Source: Tagaea sp. (GTDB lineage: Bacteria; Pseudomonadota; Alphaproteobacteria; CACIAM-22H2). From it: a stretch of DNA of 64,000 nt. Below are positions 20,188 to 30,105 of the stretch, piece after piece. The notes below the pieces were generated by a model. It searched no databases and had not been told where the DNA came from. It saw nothing but the letters and a program-made list of their open reading frames with translations. The DNA lies in assembly GCA_965279525.1 (NCBI GenBank), contig CBDIIB010000003.1, forward strand, positions 384,001-448,000, in the 5' to 3' direction. The position numbers were made by a program, and so were the translations under genes. Numbering within the stretch: position 1 is the stretch's first letter; every line of letters begins with the position of its first letter.

Positions 20188-20799
20188 ATGGCTATCGAAG
20201 CTCCTGTCCATGCCAGGCCAGCGATCAGCCTGATCGCCGAAGACCTCCCGCCACACGGAGCCAAGATCTATATCGGCGACACCGATGCCGCGCGCGACGT
20301 GGCGCTGCTGCGCCAGCATGGCATTGCGACCGTGATCAACTGCGCGGTCAATCTCGACATCAATTACGTCGGCGAGCCGGCGCACCCGGCGACCGAAACG
20401 ATGCTCGCAGCAGGGACGGGCCCGGTGCGGATTTACAAGCTTGGCCTGATCGACGGTCCGGGCAATCCGGCGACGATGCTGCTTGCCGGCTACTACATGA
20501 TGAGCGGCGCCATGCGTCAGGAGTTCCCGGACAAGCCGAGCTATCCGCGCCGAGAGCGGGGCAACATCCTTGTTCATTGCCGCGGTGGCCGCAGCCGCTC
20601 GGTAGCATTGGTGGCGCTTTACCTACACGTCGAATTGCCAGGTCGATTCCCGACGGTAGACGCGGCGATCGCGCATATCCGCCAGCACCGCGAACTGCAC
20701 CCTGACGAATGGTTCGAGACTCCGAACCCGCTTCTGCAGGAAGCGGCCGAGCGCTCGGCCGGCTGGATCCGCAGGATTGCCGAAGAGGGAGGGCATTAG
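20188..20799 (+). CDS. Cys-dependent dual-specificity phosphatase family protein
   Basis: P-loop VHCRGGRSRS (HCxxGxxR), IYIGD, VINCA, acid loop LIDGPGN; no signal peptide. Confidence 0.88.
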   Translation: MAIEAPVHARPAISLIAEDLPPHGAKIYIGDTDAARDVALLRQHGIATVINCAVNLDINYVGEPAHPATETMLAAGTGPVRIYKLGLIDGPGNPATMLLAGYYMMSGAMRQEFPDKPSYPRRERGNILVHCRGGRSRSVALVALYLHVELPGRFPTVDAAIAHIRQHRELHPDEWFETPNPLLQEAAERSAGWIRRIAEEGGH

Positions 20800-20803
20800 C
20801 AAC

Positions 20804-21880
20804 ATGGCCCACCTGAAGGTCGACGCAGTTTCCAAGCAGTTCGGCACGTTCCGCGCGGTCGATGACGTCTCGCTCGACGTGCGGGACGGCGAGTTCCTGG
20901 CCGTGCTCGGTCCGTCCGGTTGCGGCAAGACGACGCTGCTGCGCCTCATCGCCGGGTTCGAAGAGGTTTCGGCGGGCCGCATTGCGATCGGCGATCGCAT
21001 CATGTCCTCGGCAGCAGTGCATCTGCCGCCGGAGCAACGGCGGATCGGCATCGTTTTCCAGTCCTACGCGCTTTGGCCGCACATGACAGTGTCGGAGAAT
21101 GTCGGATACAGCCTGAAGGTCGCCGGTGCTGCGCCCGACGAACGGCGCAGGCGGGTCGATGACGCGCTGGCGATGGTCGGGCTTGCCGGTTTCGGCGGGC
21201 GTCGGCCGTCGATGCTGTCGGGCGGCGAACGCCAGCGCGTGGCGTTGGCGCGCTGCCTGGTCGCGGCTCCTTCGCTGATTCTCCTCGACGAACCGCTCGC
21301 CAATCTCGACGTCCATCTGCGGGCCGCGATGGAGGACGAGTTCACCGATTTCCACCGGCGTACCGGCACGACGATGTTCTACATCACGCACGACCAGTCC
21401 GAAGCGATGGCGCTTGCCGACAGGATCGCGGTGATGGATCACGGGCGCGTCGTACAGGTCGCGACACCACTGGAACTTTATCGCGAACCGGCCACAGAGA
21501 TGGTCGCGGGATTTATCGGCCAGGGCATGGTCGTGCCGGCCGAAATCCGCTCCGTCGAGCCGGGCGGCCGATGCCACGCGCGAATATTCGGACACGACGT
21601 CGCCGTGCGCTGCCGCGTCGACCAGAAGCCAGTGACTGCCGGGAAGGTCTGCGTCCATCCGCGCGAACTGGCGGTCGTTCCGGCCGGTAGCCCGGGTGTC
21701 GCCGCCCGTGTGCGCCGGATCGTCTATCGCGGCGGCTATCTGCGCGCCGAGGTGGCGCCGCACGCCGCCCCGGACCTGTCTCTCAATATCGAAGTCGTCG
21801 ATCCGCAGGCCCTGCGCCCCGATCTCGACGTTTCGGTCACGCTGAACGACGGCTGGGCAATCCCGGCGACCGGCATTTAG
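20804..21880 (+). CDS. ABC transporter ATP-binding protein, FbpC/PotA-type
   Basis: GPSGCGKT, LSGGERQR, LDEPLANLD; ATG 20804. Confidence 0.93.
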   Translation: MAHLKVDAVSKQFGTFRAVDDVSLDVRDGEFLAVLGPSGCGKTTLLRLIAGFEEVSAGRIAIGDRIMSSAAVHLPPEQRRIGIVFQSYALWPHMTVSENVGYSLKVAGAAPDERRRRVDDALAMVGLAGFGGRRPSMLSGGERQRVALARCLVAAPSLILLDEPLANLDVHLRAAMEDEFTDFHRRTGTTMFYITHDQSEAMALADRIAVMDHGRVVQVATPLELYREPATEMVAGFIGQGMVVPAEIRSVEPGGRCHARIFGHDVAVRCRVDQKPVTAGKVCVHPRELAVVPAGSPGVAARVRRIVYRGGYLRAEVAPHAAPDLSLNIEVVDPQALRPDLDVSVTLNDGWAIPATGI

Positions 21881-21915
21881 ACGCAAACGAAAACGAAAAC
21901 GCAATGGAGGAAACG

Positions 21916-22896
21916 ATGAGAAGGATCCTTGGCGCCATTGTCTGCCTCGTCTCCTGGACGGCTGTCGCCGTAGCCCAGCAGCCGAGCGGAAAACTGGTCG
22001 TCTATACCTCACAGCAGCCTGATGTTGCCCAGCAGACCGTCGACGCCTTCAAGGCAAAGAATCCGAGAGTTGATGTCGAGTGGACCCGCAACGGTACTGG
22101 TCCGCTGATGAACGTGCTGCGCGCCGAGATCACCGCAGGCGATGTGAAGCCTGACATCCTTTTCGTTGCTGACGAGATCAACCTCGGTCAGCTCAAGATC
22201 GAGAAGCGGCTGCTCGCCTATCCCGAGGCGAATGTCGCGATTTACAACAAGGTCTTTCACGATCCGGACAAGTTCTATTTCGGCACAAAAGTCGTTGCGA
22301 CTGGCATCGCGTACAACACGCGCGCAGCCAAAAAGCCGACCAGCTGGTGGGACCTGACCAAGCCTGAGGTAAAAGGGCAAGTCGCCGTGCCGAGCCCGCT
22401 GTTCTCGGGCGCAGCCCTTGCCGTGCTGCATGCTTTCCTGGAAGCGCCCGGTCTCGGTTGGGACTATTACCGCGCAATGTCGAAGAACGGTGTCGTGCCG
22501 CAGGGCGGGAACGGGCCGGCTTTGAACGCCGTTTCCGGCGGGCGCGCGCTTTACGGCATCATTGCCGACGGCGACGTGTTCCGTGCAAAGGCTGAAGGCT
22601 CGCCGGTCGATCTCGCTTATCCGGTCGAGGGTGTTTCTTTCATCACCGAGCCGGTGGCGATCATGTCGACCGCCCGAAACGTACCCGCTGCAAAGGCCTT
22701 CATCGATTTCCTCGTCTCCAAGGAAGGCCAGGAACTTGTCGCCAAGCAAGGGAATCTCGCGATCCATCCTGACGTGGCATCGCCACCCGGGTTCCCGAAG
22801 CTCTCCGAGATCAAGCTGCTGCCGATCGACGCGAAGAAGGCGATCACCAACGACAGCGAGGTGAAGAAGACCTACACCTCGATCTTCGGCGGCTGA
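21916..22896 (+). CDS. ABC substrate-binding protein, AfuA/FbpA-like
   Basis: ATG 21916 after GGAGG; signal peptide; LVVYTSQ, RNGT, PSPLFSG, YPVEG. Confidence 0.88.
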   Translation: MRRILGAIVCLVSWTAVAVAQQPSGKLVVYTSQQPDVAQQTVDAFKAKNPRVDVEWTRNGTGPLMNVLRAEITAGDVKPDILFVADEINLGQLKIEKRLLAYPEANVAIYNKVFHDPDKFYFGTKVVATGIAYNTRAAKKPTSWWDLTKPEVKGQVAVPSPLFSGAALAVLHAFLEAPGLGWDYYRAMSKNGVVPQGGNGPALNAVSGGRALYGIIADGDVFRAKAEGSPVDLAYPVEGVSFITEPVAIMSTARNVPAAKAFIDFLVSKEGQELVAKQGNLAIHPDVASPPGFPKLSEIKLLPIDAKKAITNDSEVKKTYTSIFGG

Positions 22897-22902
22897 CGAC
22901 TT

Positions 22903-24648
22903 ATGGCCAGCGAAGCGGCCATCGATCCGGCACCCAGGTTTCTGGACCGCATCGGCGCGCGCCGATGGACGGTCTCGGAAGCCTGGGTGCTTGTCGGCCT
23001 CTTCGGGTTCGTGCTTTGCCTATCGCTCGCACCGCTCGGGCGCCTGCTGTCGGAAGCGCTGATGCCGGGCGGCGAATTCAATCTTTCGCGCCTTGCTCGT
23101 CTGTACGGCGAAGGGGTTGTATGGCGCGCGACGATGAACACGCTCCAGATCGCAGCGGGCGCCACGGTCATTGCCGTCATACTCGGGGTTGCGATGGCCA
23201 GCGTCATCGCGGTTACCGATGTGCGCGGCAAGGCAGCAATCGTGTTCTGCTTCATCCTGCCGTTGATGATTCCGCCGCAGGTGAGCGCTTTGGCCTGGCT
23301 CCAGGCCTTGGGACCTTCAAGCACACTGCTGGGTATGGTCGGTCTCGCACCGCCGCCAGGTTCGCCCCACCCGCTCTTTTCGATGTGGGGCATCATCATC
23401 CTGCTTGGCATGCACAACGCGCCTCTGGTTTTTCTTGCCACCCGGGCAAGCATGCGCGCCGTTCCCGCCGATCTCGTGGATGCTGCCCGCTCGAACGGGG
23501 CAGGGCCGTTCACGACGATGCGCACCGTAATCCTGCCGCTTGCAAGTGCCGGTCTGATCTCAGGCGGCGCCATTGCCTTTGTTTCAGCGGCGGGGAACTT
23601 CGGCATCCAGGCGATGCTCGGTATCCCGGCGCGAATCCCGACGCTGATCACGCTTATCTTCCAGCGCCTTTCGGATTTCGGGCCGAGCGTCCTCGCCGAC
23701 GCGGCTGCCCTGGCACTCGGCCTTGCGGTCATCGCGATCTGCGGACTTGGCCTGCAGAGCTGGCTGATCCGCCGACGCGACCTGCGGGTTACCGGGACGG
23801 GCGCCCAATTCCTCGAGTTCCGGCTCGGGCGGTGGCGCACTGCGACTGCGGCTATCTGCTGGATCGGCATTGCAGTCGTACTGTTCATTCCTCTCGGCGC
23901 CCTCCTGACCGCAGCTCTGGTACGCGCATACGGCTTGCCTCTTTCCTGGGAGACGCTGACCTTCCGGCATTTCGCCAATGCGCTTTTCAATCACACCGCA
24001 ATCCGCCGCGCATTCCTGACCAGCCTGTCGCTGGCGACGATGACGGCCGTCATCCTGATGGCCGTGGCGATCCCGCTCGGCTACTTCCTCACTTGGCGAA
24101 AGAGTCTGGCGGTCCGTCTCCTCAGCCTTTCCGCCGAACTGTCCTATGCACTTCCGGGCGCGGTCATCGCGATCGCTGCGATCCTCTTTTTCCTGAAACC
24201 GCTTCCCTTCATCGGGATCAGTCTGTACGGCACGATCTGGATCATCCTTGCAGCGTACCTCGCCAACCGGCTGCTGCTGGCACTGCGTCCGACCGTGAGC
24301 GGCTTCCTTCAGATCGATCGGGCTCTCGACGAGGCAGCCCGCGTCGCCGGTGCAGGCTTCTTGCGCAGCCTCAAGGACGTGCTGCTGCCTATGGTTGCCC
24401 CGTGCGCGGCGGCGGGGGCAATTCTTGTCTTCCTCACCGCACTCGCCGAGATCCAGGTTTCGATCCTGCTGGTGTCATCGAGCGCGCGTACCATCGGTTC
24501 GATCGTCTATTTCCTCGAGGAAAGCGCTTCGTCCAGCCTTGCGTCGGCCGTCGGCGTGCTGATCGTCGTCGCGGTGTTTCTGCTGATGCTTGCAGCCTCG
24601 ATGCTCCGCGGCCGTCTCCCTCGCGGAGTATTGCCTTGGGAACCGTGA
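22903..24648 (+). CDS. ABC transporter permease, FbpB/AfuB-type
   Basis: 581 aa; EAA loops LVDAARSNGA and LDEAARVAGA. Confidence 0.92.
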   Translation: MASEAAIDPAPRFLDRIGARRWTVSEAWVLVGLFGFVLCLSLAPLGRLLSEALMPGGEFNLSRLARLYGEGVVWRATMNTLQIAAGATVIAVILGVAMASVIAVTDVRGKAAIVFCFILPLMIPPQVSALAWLQALGPSSTLLGMVGLAPPPGSPHPLFSMWGIIILLGMHNAPLVFLATRASMRAVPADLVDAARSNGAGPFTTMRTVILPLASAGLISGGAIAFVSAAGNFGIQAMLGIPARIPTLITLIFQRLSDFGPSVLADAAALALGLAVIAICGLGLQSWLIRRRDLRVTGTGAQFLEFRLGRWRTATAAICWIGIAVVLFIPLGALLTAALVRAYGLPLSWETLTFRHFANALFNHTAIRRAFLTSLSLATMTAVILMAVAIPLGYFLTWRKSLAVRLLSLSAELSYALPGAVIAIAAILFFLKPLPFIGISLYGTIWIILAAYLANRLLLALRPTVSGFLQIDRALDEAARVAGAGFLRSLKDVLLPMVAPCAAAGAILVFLTALAEIQVSILLVSSSARTIGSIVYFLEESASSSLASAVGVLIVVAVFLLMLAASMLRGRLPRGVLPWEP

Positions 24649-24685
24649 ACGCCGCCGAAATCCAGAACAAGAGTGAGGATACCGA

Positions 24686-25771
24686 ATGTCTCGCCTGACC
24701 ATCGTGAGCGGCCTCGGCGGCAAGTTGCCGGCGTGTTTCCTTGTCGAAACGGCCGGTGCGCGCATCCTGCTCGACGTCGGCGAGGGACCCGAACCGGGTG
24801 TGCGTCCCAACATCGAGCCGGTCGGCAAGGTCGACGCGATCGTGATTTCGCATGCGCACGAGGACCATGCCGCAGCGCTCGATCTTGCGCCCGACCTCGG
24901 CAATCCGCCGATCTATGCCACGTCCGGGACCTGGGCAAACATCAAGAATTGTCCAGTTCCGGCTGAACGGCGGCGCTTGCTGCCGTTGCGCGGTTCTGCC
25001 GAGATTTCTGGCGCACGCGTCGTCACCGGCCGCTGCGGTCATGCACCGGGTGGCATCTGGCTGCATTTCGACGTCGGCGGCGGATTTCTCTACACCGGCG
25101 ACTGGAGTGCCGAATCCAAGGTTTATCCCTTCGACATGCCGCCGGAGGCGGCGACCGTCGTCCTTGATGCCTCTTACGGCGATCGGGACGAAACGCTCGA
25201 CGACCAGGTCGCGGCCTTGGGCGGGATGCTCGGCGAAGGGGCCGTGCTGCCGATCCCGATCGGTGGTCGTGGGCCGGAGATGGCGCTACGGCTTGTCGAA
25301 CTCGGTCATGTGAAGCCGCATCTGTGCCCGGAGGTGCGCCGGCAGGCGGAGAGCATTGCCTCCGGCGTCGATGATGCGGCATCGCCCGCCGCCCGGGCAG
25401 CACTGGCAGACCTGTTGCGCAGCGGCCTGCCCGACAGGCCTGACCCAAGGGGGATCACGATCTGCGGCGACTCCAACGCCGAAGGCGGCCTCGCCGCGGA
25501 ACTTTTCGCCAAGTGGCTCGGTTCGACGCCGTTCATCTTCACCGGGCACGTACCAAAGAAGACCCCGGCCCATGGCGCGATCGCTGAAGGGCGGGCGCGC
25601 TGGCAACGGTGGAACACCCATCCACGGCGCAGCGACAACGTAATGCTTGCGCGCGCGATTGGTGCACGACAGGTCATTCCGGCATTCACCGACCTCGCGG
25701 GGCTCGTCGAATTGCCCCGGGAACTCGCGCCTGCGCCGATGCTGCGGGCCTACAATATCGAACTGATCTGA
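24686..25771 (+). CDS. Metallo-beta-lactamase-fold hydrolase, beta-CASP-like
   Basis: LLDVG, SHAHEDH (HxHxDH), GHAPGG, YTGD, LDASYG, C-terminal WNTHP. Confidence 0.85.
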   Translation: MSRLTIVSGLGGKLPACFLVETAGARILLDVGEGPEPGVRPNIEPVGKVDAIVISHAHEDHAAALDLAPDLGNPPIYATSGTWANIKNCPVPAERRRLLPLRGSAEISGARVVTGRCGHAPGGIWLHFDVGGGFLYTGDWSAESKVYPFDMPPEAATVVLDASYGDRDETLDDQVAALGGMLGEGAVLPIPIGGRGPEMALRLVELGHVKPHLCPEVRRQAESIASGVDDAASPAARAALADLLRSGLPDRPDPRGITICGDSNAEGGLAAELFAKWLGSTPFIFTGHVPKKTPAHGAIAEGRARWQRWNTHPRRSDNVMLARAIGARQVIPAFTDLAGLVELPRELAPAPMLRAYNIELI

Positions 25772-25832
25772 ACTCGTCGCCGCTTGCGGGGCGGCTGGAC
25801 AATCGTACAATGGCCCCAAGAGGGCCAATTCC

Positions 25833-26780
25833 GTGAGCAGCAAACTTGACGATGCCGCCCGGGCGGCGTGGTTGTACTTCGTCGCCGGGAACACTCAGGA
25901 TGACATCGCCAAGAAGATGTCGGTTTCGCGCCAGACTGCGCAGCGGCTTGTCTCGCTGGCGGTCAGCGAGCGGCTCGTGCGCGTCACGCTCGAGCATCCG
26001 ATCGCCGCTTGCATGGAACTCGCCGAAGAGATCCGCCGGCGTTTCGGGATAGCGAATTGCGATGTGTCGCCATCGGACACCGGTTCGGCTGCCGCCGGTC
26101 TCGGTGCGATCCATTCAGCGGCACGCGCGATCGAACGCTGGCTCAGTGCCGACAAGCCGGTCGTCATGGCACTGGGTACCGGACGCTCGATGCGCGCGGC
26201 GGTCGACCAAGTTGCCGAGATGGAATGTCCGCAGCACAAGCTCGTATCGCTGGTTGGCAACATTTCGGCCGACGGCTCGGCGAGCTATTACGATGTCATC
26301 TCGTATCTGGCCGGGCGAGTGAAAGCGCATTACTACCCGATGCCGCTGCCGGTGATCGCACGCTCGGCGGAAGAGCGGCGCCTGCTGACAGAGCTTGCCA
26401 CCGTTCGTTCGGTTGCGGATCTGGCGCGTGGCGCCGACGTCGCTTTCATCGGTATCGGACATATCGGTGCCAATGCGCCGCTACGCGAAGACGAGTTCAT
26501 CTCCGACGTCGAACTCAGCGAATTGGTTTCAGCCGGCGGGGTCGGTGAGATCGTCGGATGGGTATTCGATGCCGGCGGCAAGGTCCTGGCCGGCCGGACC
26601 AACGCGCGCGTGGCGAGCGTGCATGTCGGCAGCCTTGGTGGAGCACGCATTGCGGTCGCGACAGGCGTGCGCAAAGTCGCGGCGATCCGGGGCGCGCTTG
26701 CAGGGGGCCTTGTCACCGGGCTGGTCACCGATGAAGCAACGGCAAGGCTTATCCTTGCCGACGGGTCGCTCAAGCCGTAG
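25833..26780 (+). CDS. SorC/DeoR(LsrR)-family sugar-binding transcriptional regulator
   Basis: RAAWLYFVAGNTQDDIAKKMSVSRQTAQRL HTH; LGTGRS, GIG, GEIVG, GLVTDE sugar-binding domain. Confidence 0.9.
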   Translation: MSSKLDDAARAAWLYFVAGNTQDDIAKKMSVSRQTAQRLVSLAVSERLVRVTLEHPIAACMELAEEIRRRFGIANCDVSPSDTGSAAAGLGAIHSAARAIERWLSADKPVVMALGTGRSMRAAVDQVAEMECPQHKLVSLVGNISADGSASYYDVISYLAGRVKAHYYPMPLPVIARSAEERRLLTELATVRSVADLARGADVAFIGIGHIGANAPLREDEFISDVELSELVSAGGVGEIVGWVFDAGGKVLAGRTNARVASVHVGSLGGARIAVATGVRKVAAIRGALAGGLVTGLVTDEATARLILADGSLKP

Positions 26781-26806
26781 GACCCTGCTGCTGCTTGACT
26801 TATTCA

Positions 26807-26847
26807 GATTTGAGCATTAGCTCTTTTGTAGGGCAAATGCCCAAATC
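26807..26847. promoter_or_regulatory. SorC-family operator, copy 1 (upstream of SDR)
   Basis: GATTTGAGCATTAGCTC-TTTTGTA-GGGCAAATGCCCAAATC; TGAGCA-N21-TGCCCA; second copy at 31479-31521. Confidence 0.75.
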
Positions 26848-26867
26848 TTTCATCGAAGAGCCCCGCA

Positions 26868-27641
26868 ATGTATCTCGAACGGTTCAAACTCACCGGCCGC
26901 AATGCCGTCGTCACTGGTGGCGGGCGCGGTATCGGGCTTGCCTGTGCCGACGCACTCGGCGAGGCCGGCGCCTCACTCGTGATTGTCGATCGCGACGCGG
27001 CTGTTGCGGAAGAAGGGGCCGCTTTCCTGCGCGGCAAGGGATACAAGGTCGCGACCCATCTTCTCGACGTGACGGACTCGCGCGGTGTCGACGCGTTTGC
27101 CGACGCGACGGTCGCGCGGCTCGGACATATCGACATCCTGGTGTGCAATGCCGGCATCGCTCGTAGCGGCACGCCGGCCGAGCTGGTGGAGGACGAGCAC
27201 TGGCGCAACGTCATCGACGTGAATCTAAACTCGGTTTTCTGGTGCTGCCGCTCATTCGGCCGACACATGCTCGCCGCCGGGCGCGGTGCCATTGTCAATG
27301 TCGGCTCGATGTCGGGGTTTATCGTCAACAGGCCGCAGCCGCAGAGCTACTACAACGCCTCGAAGGCGGCCGTGCACCACCTGACCAAGTCCCTGGCGGC
27401 GGAGTGGGGTGCGCGCGGCGTGCGCGTCAACGCGGTGGCACCGACCTATATCAACACGCCGCTCAACAAATTCGTCGAGGACGATCCGGAGATGGCGGCG
27501 GCCTGGCTCGGCGGCACGCCGATGGGCCGGATGGGCGAGGTCGAGGAGATTGCTTCGGTCGTGCTGTTCCTCGCGTCCGACGCTGCGAGCCTGATGACCG
27601 GCAGCATCGTCGTGGTCGATGGCGGCTACACCAGCTGGTAG
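26868..27641 (+). CDS. Short-chain dehydrogenase, polyol (galactitol/sorbose-reductase-like) type
   Basis: TGGGRGIG, CNAG, GSMSG, NRPQPQSYYNASK (YxxxK), VDGGYT. Confidence 0.85.
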   Translation: MYLERFKLTGRNAVVTGGGRGIGLACADALGEAGASLVIVDRDAAVAEEGAAFLRGKGYKVATHLLDVTDSRGVDAFADATVARLGHIDILVCNAGIARSGTPAELVEDEHWRNVIDVNLNSVFWCCRSFGRHMLAAGRGAIVNVGSMSGFIVNRPQPQSYYNASKAAVHHLTKSLAAEWGARGVRVNAVAPTYINTPLNKFVEDDPEMAAAWLGGTPMGRMGEVEEIASVVLFLASDAASLMTGSIVVVDGGYTSW

Positions 27642-27647
27642 GCCGGA

Positions 27648-28421
27648 TCAGGCAAGCAACTTGATCAGCCTTTCGACCAGCGCCGGCGGACCGACGATCA
27701 ATGGCTGGCGCACCGGAAACCCGTAGTCCGGTTTCAGCAGTGGCGCGATATCGAACGGCGAGCCGTCGAGATAGCGCTCGATGTGCCCAAGTGCCCGGGT
27801 GAAGGGCAGGGCCGGGGCCATGTCCCACAGATAGCAGGGGCCCGTGATGATCGCTTCGCACCGCCCGGTCGCAAGCGTCATCAGGTGATAGAGGTTGGAG
27901 CCGAGATTGTGAAGTCGGTGGTCGCGCACCCGTCTCACATCGACGTAGTCGTGTATTGCTGTGATCATGATGTTGCGCGTGTCGTCGGCGATGCGCTGTG
28001 TCGGCTGGCGTAGCGGCTTGCCATTGCGCGTGGAAACGCCGCCCTCGCAGACATAGGTCTCGCCGACCACGGGGAAATGCAGGTAGCCGGCAACCGGATC
28101 TGCCCCACGCAGCAGACCCATTCCGACACCCCACACCGGCAGTCCGCGTGCGAAGGACGCAGTGCCATCGAGCGGATCGATCGCCCACTGCCATTCGGCG
28201 TCGGGCAGGTGAGATGCCTTCTCCTCCTCGGAGATGACGCCGTAGCCCGGCGTGAGGCGCTTGAGCGTGGCGAGCGCATGCGCCGACGCGCGCTGGTCGG
28301 CCAGCGTCACCGACGACCCGTCGAGCTTGTCCTGTGCCTCGATGGCGCCATGCAGCGGAAGCGTGATCGCTTCGTAGTCTTGGAAAAACTCGGCCGCAAA
28401 CCCGGCGTAGTAATCCGCCAT
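27648..28421 (-). CDS. Inositol monophosphatase-family phosphatase (divergent)
   Basis: KLDGSSVTLAD, SEE, WAIDPLDGTASF, YLWDMA. Confidence 0.85.
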   Translation of the reverse strand: MADYYAGFAAEFFQDYEAITLPLHGAIEAQDKLDGSSVTLADQRASAHALATLKRLTPGYGVISEEEKASHLPDAEWQWAIDPLDGTASFARGLPVWGVGMGLLRGADPVAGYLHFPVVGETYVCEGGVSTRNGKPLRQPTQRIADDTRNIMITAIHDYVDVRRVRDHRLHNLGSNLYHLMTLATGRCEAIITGPCYLWDMAPALPFTRALGHIERYLDGSPFDIAPLLKPDYGFPVRQPLIVGPPALVERLIKLLA

Positions 28422-28422
28422 G

Positions 28423-29220
28423 TCAGGACATTCCCTTTACGAGAAACTTCTGCGTGGCGAAGCAGAGGATAACGACAGGCAGGATCGCCACGACGCCCAG
28501 TGCCGACACCTCGCCCCACAGGATGCCGCGCTCTGTCTTGAAGAACACGACTGCGGTCGAGATCATGTTGACGTTGGAGGCGCTCAGGAACAGCGCATAG
28601 GTGAATTCGTTCCATGCTGCCAGGAAACACATCGTGCCGGTCGCGAAAATCCCGGTCCGCACCTGCGGCAGCACGACACGCCAGAGCGCGCCGAAGCGGC
28701 TGCAGCCGTCGAGCATCGCCGCTTCCTCGAATTCCGGTCCGATGGCCGCAAAGTAGCTGCGCATCATGATCACGACGAAGGGGAGGTTGAACACCATGAA
28801 CGCGAGCACAAGGATCGTGTAGGTGTCGAGCAGATGGAACGTGATGCCGATGATGTAGAACGGGATGACGAGTGCGATCGACGGGAAGATGCGCGACGAC
28901 AGGATCGTAAAGACAACGAACTCTTTGCGCCGGAAGGAGAACTTGTGGAGCGCGTAGGCCGCGACCGTGCCGAGCACGAGGCACACCGCAACATTGGTGA
29001 TCGACACGATCAGGCTGTCGACGACGAACTTGTGCAGCCCGTACTGGACAATGGCGGCTCGATAATTGTCGAAGGTCGGTTCGAACAGGATGCGGGCAGG
29101 CTCATAGAGCATGGCGCGCGTCTTGAGGGACGTCAGAAGCATGAAAACGATCGGAAAGACCGAAAACATGCAGGCCAGGGAAAGCCAGAAATAGTCCCGG
29201 GTACGGTGATCGCGGATCAT
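28423..29220 (-). CDS. Carbohydrate (CUT1) ABC permease, MalG-like
   Basis: FEEAAMLDGCSR EAA loop, AWNEF. Confidence 0.92.
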   Translation of the reverse strand: MIRDHRTRDYFWLSLACMFSVFPIVFMLLTSLKTRAMLYEPARILFEPTFDNYRAAIVQYGLHKFVVDSLIVSITNVAVCLVLGTVAAYALHKFSFRRKEFVVFTILSSRIFPSIALVIPFYIIGITFHLLDTYTILVLAFMVFNLPFVVIMMRSYFAAIGPEFEEAAMLDGCSRFGALWRVVLPQVRTGIFATGTMCFLAAWNEFTYALFLSASNVNMISTAVVFFKTERGILWGEVSALGVVAILPVVILCFATQKFLVKGMS

Positions 29221-30089
29221 CCTTGGTGCCCCCGGCGGCCGATTGCCATCATCGCGACAGACAGAACCGTCGTGATGACGACGAGAATGATCGCGGCCGC
29301 CCCGGCGAGGCCGACCGAGCCGATCGTGAAGGCAGTCTTGTAGACGTAGAGCGGAAGGATCGTCGTGGCATTGCCCGGTCCGCCGTCAGTCAACGCGTAG
29401 ATTGGCCCGAATGCCTGGAAAGCAAGGATCGCTTGAAAGAGGCTGCTGCCGATCAGCACCGGCCAGAGTTGCGGCATGACGATGCGCCAGAAGACCTGGC
29501 GGTCCGTGCAGCCGTCGAGCCGGGCGGCTTCGAGAGGCTCCGGCGCGATGTTGCGCAGGCCGGCCAAAAGCATCAGTGCGGAGAGCGGGAAGTGCATCCA
29601 CACCAAGACGACGATGACGGAGGTCAGCGCCCAAGTCTGACCGAGCCAGACAATCTTGTAACCGAGCAGCGCCTGGGCCGCCGCGTTGACGATGCCAAAG
29701 TCGTAGCTGAGCATCAGTTTCCACATCAGGCCGGCGATCGCAGGATTGACGGCCATGGGCATGATGATCAGCGTCGTGGCGATGTATTCGAAGCGCAGCT
29801 TCTTGTTCAGCAGCACGGCCACGCCGAGGCCGAGTGCCGTCTTCAGCACGACACTGACCGCTGCGACGATCAGGCTGAGGCGGATCGACGGCCAAAACTC
29901 GACCTCGCGGCCCGAGAACAGGCGCCGGTAGTTCGCGAGGCCGACGAACTCATGGTCGGCCCAGTCGTAGCCGATCTCGAAGGACGTGAGACTGATATAG
30001 CCGAGCAGCGCCACCGGCACGCTGCTCAGAAGTACAAGCGGCAGGGCGGTTGGCGTGATCCAGAGCCAGATGTTCGAGAGCCTGTTCAT
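29217..30089 (-). CDS. Carbohydrate (CUT1) ABC permease, MalF-like
   Basis: FVGLANY, LEAARLDG, TDGGPG. Confidence 0.92.
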   Translation of the reverse strand: MNRLSNIWLWITPTALPLVLLSSVPVALLGYISLTSFEIGYDWADHEFVGLANYRRLFSGREVEFWPSIRLSLIVAAVSVVLKTALGLGVAVLLNKKLRFEYIATTLIIMPMAVNPAIAGLMWKLMLSYDFGIVNAAAQALLGYKIVWLGQTWALTSVIVVLVWMHFPLSALMLLAGLRNIAPEPLEAARLDGCTDRQVFWRIVMPQLWPVLIGSSLFQAILAFQAFGPIYALTDGGPGNATTILPLYVYKTAFTIGSVGLAGAAAIILVVITTVLSVAMMAIGRRGHQG

Positions 30090-30105
30090 CCCGCCGCAGG
30101 TGCGA

